From Priapulus caudatus (lineage: Eukaryota): a stretch of 64,000 nucleotides of DNA. The notes beneath the pieces are model-generated. The model had not been told where the DNA came from. It made no database searches and saw only the letters and a program-made list of their open reading frames with translations. Every line of letters starts with the position of its first letter. The first letter of the stretch is position 1. Positions 57,187-64,000 of this stretch are shown in pieces. A program made the translations under genes and the position numbers. The DNA lies in NCBI RefSeq assembly GCF_000485595.1, contig NW_014577086.1:299630-363629 (forward strand), in the 5' to 3' direction.

Positions 57187-60100
57187 CTGAAACGAGATTC
57201 AAATATAGTTCGGTTTAGCCGATTTCTGACAGTGAGCCTGCTGTGATCAGATAGTTTGTGAGTATTTACGATCCTTATGACTCTTATCATACATTCTCCT
57301 TGCCCAGTTTTTCAGAAATTAATTTGTCTCAGAAACTTACTGAGCCAATAAGCATTGCAATAGAACTTTCTAAAAACAATGCTTAGTAATGACACACCAT
57401 GAAGTCACCACTGTGGTGTGCGTCAACTGGCCTCGAAAAAAACCGAGTTAGATGACTGACCTAACAAGAGTATGGCAACTGGGACAATATTGTCCACGGG
57501 TGATGTTGTCATCTTGATCAGGGGATAGGTCGGTTATTGCTAGCATGCGAGCATGCACGTGCATACGTACCGGACGGTCAATGAGCATGATCGCGTAGAC
57601 AACGTCTGCGATGTCCGGCATCATGAATGACGGCAGACAGAAGATAACAGCTGTGAGCAAGTTCTGCAGCATCTGCGGCCCATACTCCTGCATGATGGCT
57701 TCAGCCGCCTGCTTCCGCTGCGCATGGTCTGGGTACTTATCCTGCACAAAATATGTAGAGTCAACTTTCTCTCTCCACCCAAATTCGCTACCATAGCAGT
57801 GGAAAATGAAAACAAGCACAATAGTATGTTGTAACTACTGTACTCGGCATGAACATTGGCAACGCGAGGTGCTATCTGCACCTGGTGTTAATAAATGTGC
57901 CAGTAAACATCGTACCTCATTCACCATGCCAATTTTAAGGAGGTCCTGTAAGAACTTCATCACAGAGGCATTGGCGTCACGATGGTCCACCATGCATGCG
58001 GCCATCCCACAATTGATGATGCTCTTGAAGAATGAAGCTTGTATGAACATCAGTGGCATTCGCTGCACAAATCTGCCAAAAAATGTGAACCAGCATTGAC
58101 TACAGCTACTCAGATGTTAACAGTAAAAAGGAATCTCCAAATATACCCTACTTGCCTTTTACATTAGGAAATGCTATTTATTATATGAGGAACAACAGTT
58201 ACTATAAATCACTGCTGAAACTGATAGGTATATAGATGCCCATTTAGCACAATTTGAGCTTGCAGATAATCAGCTTTTATTTTAGACAAATGCAAGCCCA
58301 AAAAAATATGGTGCTTTCATAAAGAACCACAACAAACAGGTAAAACGGGCAGATCACTTCTGCAATACTGTACCAAGGTTACTTAGCCAAACAAAGCTAA
58401 ATACCTCGTGCAGAGTCTGAACAAGTCATCCACTGTGTCTGGGTGATTTCTGAAGCCATCTGGTTCCTCAAGCAGCTTAAATGTCGGCACTGAGAATGCC
58501 TGTGGAGAAGCCGAGACAGGAAAAGGTAAACCAAAAGTGAGTGTTTGTCTACATTGTGTGTGTGACTAAACACCACCCAGTCTGATTCCATTCAGCAAAA
58601 GGGTTCAGGTGCAAATATGCTTGTATAGCAGAGTTAAATATAACACTGGAATACCACACAAATGCATTTCTAACTATGCCATAAAACTAGGCTTAATCTA
58701 ATGGAAGTAAATCGCTTTTGAAACTGCAAATGATGCATGTACAGTCAATAGTTTAAATAGGACGTTATAATAATAAAAATTATACGTCCACAAAGGCTAT
58801 TTAGACAAATATTTAAAATAACAGGAAAAATCCCCTACTAAGAATGGACCCTAAAACTCAATGAACGTGCATGTCTCTAAATACATTGCAGTTTGATTGA
58901 AAGTCATAGAAAAGACGCATTTTATGTTCTCAACCATCAGTTGTCAAATGCTAACTCGGTTCATTGACACTGTCCACGTAGGCTCACACAGTACACTGGT
59001 TGGTGTATACTTTGTAAATCCAGCTTGTTGAAAGTGGAGTTCTATAATAGGCTCACCTGCAGCATGTCAAGGAGGCCTTGTTGGCAGCCCTCTTCTGAGC
59101 CAAACTCGTCTACCAGTATGGAGCCCAGGTAAAGGAAGCAGGAATGGTTGTGTACACTGTACAGTTGAACCATCTGCCAATAAATTTAAAACAGAACAAT
59201 GGTGTCAGTGGCTACGTTGATGTGGAATAAACTATACCGACTTATTATGCTTTGTTCCAATGAATTGTCAAAGACAAATTCATACCAAGCAACAGTGGAT
59301 TAATTTAATATCTGGCCTTTGCTAGTAATTGAGAAGATTCAGAGTTAGAGAAAGAGAGAGGAGAACTCCATGCTTGCAAACTTGCCTGCTGGACTAGAGG
59401 AGGGAGAATGGTGTCAGCTCCTTTTCCGACGCATCGCACTGAGAATCTAAAAAAAAAATGTTGCGTACAATTGATGCTGTTTATTTAGGCAGCAGAAGCT
59501 GCAGAACTGTTATCTGAGAAGTTAACTTGGCATATGCAAACAGACATGATAATTCACTATAACTGTTGATTATGATAAAGTGAGGAGTGTACCTGACACA
59601 GCGGCAGCAACGTTCCACCACTCTGATGTCGTGCTGGTACTTGTCACAGCAATCTGACAGCAGTGGCCATATTGCTTCGATGACAGGCTTACACGGGTGG
59701 ACCTGCCCATCACTGACCAATGGATGCAAGTTCCTACACAGCAAAGTGAACTTTAAACCTTCCTGACAACTCGCTGTTGGGTTTAAGCCATTTAAAACTT
59801 TTAATAACCATTAATTCACTTACTTTGCAGCAAATCGAGATGTAAAATAGTGTAAAAAACCATTTTGATATTACTATAGGTAGATATATAATATATCACA
59901 TTTATTCATGGACATGTATGAGAAGAAATCACTTGCGGAAATAGCAAGTACCCGAAACTCGTTCACCTGTGCCCCTTGCCCATTGTTTTATCCCTTTGAG
60001 ATATGCCATCACTTTCATATTGATGGTTGCCAAGAAACACAAATGTCACAAATAAAGCTTCCACTGATTTTCATCACACATAATAATATATGTATGTGAA

Positions 60101-62534
60101 TAGAATCCAGGTTGCCCATACCCCCTCCCCCCCCCAACTTATCCCAAGAATCACATCACAAATAGAGGCGCCACTGAATTTCATCACACATCGTAAATAC
60201 TCGAATAGAATCTAGAAAGTCTATCGCCGTCTCCTCACCTGAACACTGCCGCTAGCCTGTCGAGCCAAATGACAGGGTCCAGCTTCATGTTTGTGTCGCC
60301 GGCATGCTGCAGTACTTCGTTAAGCTGATTGACCTGCACGGCGCAGATCTGCTGTGCTCCCTCTGTGATCTTCTCCAGCGGCATCTTGGAGAGTATCATC
60401 GCTGTTCCTGCAAGTGTGTACGCCTGAATGTAGCCGTGAACGGAGGCTGCTGCCCCACGTGGAACATTCACGGAAGTGTGTACGCCTGAATGTAGCCGTG
60501 AACGAAGGCTGCTGCCCCACGTGGAACATTCACGCAAGTGTGTGCAACCATGCAAAAGTGTCGTTAGGAAGAATACTTTTTTTGTTCACTATTACAAAGT
60601 GAATTTCAATGTGCCATGACTTTTGAGTCGTAGAGTTTCAGCAGCGTACATTGATTTACAATACATTGTGAGAATTTCTGGCTACTAAATACCCTGCTCA
60701 ACTATAGCATGTATAGTAACAATTACCATTTAGGCTTCGTCGTAATTGCTTTGCCACCATTCAAGTTTGCACAAACCATCTGCACATATGACAATAAGAC
60801 CATATCCAGTTGGCACATTTGAATTTGAATTATGGGAAAATCAAAACCACGCTCGTTACCCAAGTAAATGGCCAGCTGTCTACGTTATTACAGTCTGGTG
60901 TGCGTGGTTAGCAGCAAAATCCATGACTTGGCTTATTCTGAGTGCATGCAGGCACGTGTACGTCCCTGCACTGCTGGCCGCCTACCTTTCAGGAGATCGA
61001 CTGCTGCCTCGTTGCTGATGTTGAAGCTATCAACATTCTGGATGATCTGCACAAGACCGCCGAAGTGCTGGTACATCTTATCCCGACAAATCTGACAGAT
61101 CTGCAGCAACGCTGCTGCCGCTGCCGGTGCTATCTTGTGGTTATGCAGTCCGGCCAGCAGGAAGTGCAGCACGGAATCTACACACGGGAATAACGCAAGC
61201 CAACTGTATTGCTTTCATGATACCATGCTGCTCTTACTAATGCATACCCTGCACACCATTACTAAGAAGGATTTTCAGACATTTGTATTGCATTGCAGAT
61301 TGGCTAGAGCTGCCTGTCTACTGTGCCAGGTAGAATTGAATAATCAAAACATTGCTATATGCACACAAGAGGCAGCTGAAGGCTAGGGTAATCTGGGTGG
61401 CTAATCAACGAATTTGAAGCAGGTCTATATACTACCATAGTGAACTTCTACCACGAGGACAGATGGAAAAGTCCAAGCGTTTGGTATACACAAGACATTA
61501 CACACAATATTTAAACATCTAAACTTTATTTTTCAGCAAAAAGGTTAGCAACACGATCATTGTGCAGCGCCGTGCACCTATCAGCCCACCGCTACATAAT
61601 TAATAGCACAGATACACACATTCACGCACACACGCAAACACGTATACACGAGCACATCAGTCATAGCATTCCTGGATCCACTTAATTAGAACACCCATGC
61701 ACCCTAATCTCCACGAAAATTTAGATAACTATATTCTTCTGCCAACAAATGACTGTAAGTGTAAGAATACTCACCCAACACCTCATGGTGACTGTCAATC
61801 CACTCGCACAGTTCGCCAACCAGACGCGTTCCAGTGTACTTGACTGCTACATGCGAGTCCTCCGGCAGATTCAACAACGCCTGCAGCACCTGAGGCACGA
61901 TCACATTCTCACTCCTAAAAACACAGAGGGTACTAGTCAATGAAACGAATTTCTGCAAGAGCACTATCTTTAACTGCCAGCAATTCTCTACCACGCTTCA
62001 ACCAATTAGCAAGAGTCGTGTGAGGTAAATGTAAAGCAATAGTGAACTGAATCGGGGAAAAAAATCAAAGGCAAGTTATAGCTGTGCATACGGGCTAATA
62101 TTCTTGGCAACAGCTGTCATCACAAACAGGGCGGCCTCCGTGCGATCCCACGTAGTACTGCTCGATTGAGACGCTAAGCTTTCGTACATCTAAAACGTAA
62201 AAAGATTATAATGACGCGATTACTGTAGGATGTGAATTAATACTCTAATTTTAATAATGGTACTCAGTTACTTGAGTGTGAGCTGGTTACCGACCCCATC
62301 AGCCCTCCCTACACCTAGTGACTAGCATCTCTACACTACTTATACCGGCTGTACTTCCACATGCCTCCTAATTACTAGTGAAGCCCATCTCTGCACACAT
62401 GACAAGCGTTTCCTATTGCTTCTTACCTGTGTAAAACAATTGGCAGATCCCACTAGGAATATCACATCTTTGATTAGCTCAGACACCTGCACACGAAAGT
62501 GTCCAAAATCGTCACTGTCATCGGGTATGTCCTC
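57013..62534 (-). CDS. TNPO3: Transportin-3, 3' part; exons 62534-62427, 62189-62092, 61914-61775, 61177-60986, 60407-60239, 59733-59593, 59446-59386, 59173-59057, 58499-58405, 58072-57916, 57741-57571, 57186-57013; 5' exons lie beyond the right edge
   Basis: Recognised motifs [88 protein letters not shown] and the C-terminus [10 protein letters not shown]. Phases are consistent. Confidence 0.94.
57571..57741 (-). CDS. TNPO3: TNPO3 exon
   Basis: DKYPDH...[16 protein letters not shown]...DRP. Confidence 0.9.
57916..58072 (-). CDS. TNPO3: TNPO3 exon
   Basis: FVQRMP...[16 protein letters not shown]. Confidence 0.9.
58405..58499 (-). CDS. TNPO3: TNPO3 exon
   Basis: [31 protein letters not shown]. 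Confidence 0.9.
59057..59173 (-). CDS. TNPO3: TNPO3 exon
   Basis: [25 protein letters not shown]...LLDMLQ. Confidence 0.9.
59386..59446 (-). CDS. TNPO3: TNPO3 exon (GC donor)
   Basis: [26 protein letters not shown]. Confidence 0.85.
59593..59733 (-). CDS. TNPO3: TNPO3 exon
   Basis: [18 protein letters not shown]...VERCCRCV. Confidence 0.9.
60239..60407 (-). CDS. TNPO3: TNPO3 exon
   Basis: TAMILSKMP...[13 protein letters not shown]. Confidence 0.9.
60412..60542. repeat. 62-bp tandem duplication
   Basis: aagtgtgtacgcctgaatgtagccgtgaacg...cattcacg, two copies plus a partial third. Confidence 0.85.
60986..61177 (-). CDS. TNPO3: TNPO3 exon
   Basis: [10 protein letters not shown]...[11 protein letters not shown]. 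Confidence 0.9.
61775..61914 (-). CDS. TNPO3: TNPO3 exon
   Basis: [10 protein letters not shown]...[16 protein letters not shown]. Confidence 0.9.
62092..62189 (-). CDS. TNPO3: TNPO3 exon
   Basis: MYESL...[19 protein letters not shown]. Confidence 0.9.
62427..62534 (-). CDS. TNPO3: TNPO3 exon
   Basis: [36 protein letters not shown]. Confidence 0.9.
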
Positions 62535-62813
62535 CTGTAAAAGTATAGCGCACAAAAAGAAGTAAGTCAGCAAATCATCTTGGCCATGTCTGCACCACCT
62601 GAAATCCTTAATCTAATGACACACAAAATATAAAAAGAACAACGATCTCACCTGCAATCCCAGTGCCACTGTCTTACCTAGCTCACCCATTACCAACATT
62701 ACAAACCCTTTTCCACTAGCCACATTAGCCACCTTTTCAATTAGCCAAATTACCCATCTCTACTATTACCTATATTACTTATCTCATCAATTATTCAGAT
62801 TACCAGCCTGGCC

Positions 62814-62952
62814 CATTACCAACATTAACTACTTCTTCCATTACCCACATTAACTACTTCTTCCATTACCCACATTAACTACTTCTTCCATTACCCACAT
62901 TAACTACTTCTTCCATTACCCACATTAACTACTTCTTCCATTACCCACATTA
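62814..62952. repeat. 25-bp minisatellite, ~5 copies
   Basis: Unit cattaactacttcttccattaccca. Confidence 0.9.
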
Positions 62953-62972
62953 TCCCCTTCTTTCATTACTCC

Positions 62973-63397
62973 TAGTGTTGTCAATCGGTTGTAATTTCGT
63001 AATCGATCATCGGTTGGACCCAAGTAACCGATGATCGGTTACAATCGGTTACTCGGGGTGTTGAAGGCCTGCGTGTGCGTAACGTCGTGTGCATGTACGT
63101 GTGTGCACTTATGTGCTTGTTTAGCCATGTTTACTGTTTGTTTTGCACTGTTTACTACTGTGTGTATAATACATGTACTGATTGTCATCACTTTTCCAAG
63201 TTTTCTTGTTCAAATTTAAAAAAAAAAAATTTTTTTTTTGATTAAATCGATTATGGATTTTGATAACCAAGCGCTTGGTTCGAGCCACTGTTCAACCGAT
63301 GATCGAGTATAATCGATGATCGTGACATCACTAAGCGCTTGGTTCGAGCCACTGTTCAACCGATGATCGAGTATAATCGATGATCGTGACATCACTA
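62973..63397. mobile_element. hAT-type non-autonomous element, 8-bp TSD, right end tandemly duplicated
   Basis: TAGTG...CACTA termini; TSD ATTACTCC at 62965-62972 and 63398-63405. Confidence 0.8.
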
Positions 63398-64000
63398 ATT
63401 ACTCCCCACTTCCATCATCCACATTCCCCACTTCTTCCATTACCCACCTCCTCCATCACCCACATTACTTACCACTTACATTAACATGGGCGTTAACAAA
63501 AGAAAAAGTAGGCACTGAAAAAAATTGGGTCCGGTGGGGCGAGGCTTCCCCCTAAAGCTATGGATTCTGTGCAATATAAAACACATTTGGTGGCATTTCC
63601 TGATAAGATAAAGCACTATAATACAATAATATACAACAGGCATACATAGTCAAAATCATTAGATGCAATTCACCTTTTAAACAATTAAAAAAAAATTTTT
63701 TTTTTACAGATTACAAAAAACATTTTTTTCTCAAAATTTCCTCCAGACGGTAATCCATCTACAGACGACAGATGCAAGCTCCACAACAGATGGTGCTCTC
63801 ACTCTGGCTCAATCTACCACTGCCACAAGTAGATTTCCGTTAGAATTTCTTACGCTTTTTTACTATGTTTTACAGTGGCAAGGTTACTTGTGTCCTATTT
63901 AATAAGATGCAAAAATAATATCAATCGGACCAGAATTATATGAAAAATTTGATAAAATAGTGATACGAAATAGTGCGCGGATTGTGAGCCCATTTACTAC

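Noticed and set aside
63795..63845. Possible further TNPO3 exon
   Set aside because: No convincing open frame or similarity to the expected upstream sequence.

Overview
Repeat-rich eukaryotic DNA from an invertebrate animal, possibly a lophotrochozoan (inference only). Three spliced genes lie on the minus strand and were reconstructed by hand with consistent splice phases: the 3' 12 exons of transportin-3 (57013-62534), a complete 6-exon ZNF839-like gene (46089-52993, 900 aa), and the first 5 exons of a steryl-sulfatase/arylsulfatase (1290-41618, with a 26.7-kb first intron). An intron-containing tRNA-Tyr(GTA) sits at 53438-53524, and an acidic Tyr-rich orphan ORF at ~44053-44491. Introns carry non-autonomous DNA transposons (Harbinger-, hAT-, Kolobok- and Helentron-like), a truncated RTE-type LINE, minisatellites and a 151-N gap. 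The two most striking patterns are (1) nine tiny CAAGAG...CTCTTG units plus a related CAGGAG unit, with 17-20-nt arms, templated filler and often a 7-bp target duplication, resembling P-superfamily excision footprints; and (2) four CACWGGCA-ended foldback elements with 8-bp TSDs and unrelated internal sequences. Two GC-AG introns and a MITE-bracketed exon were also found.
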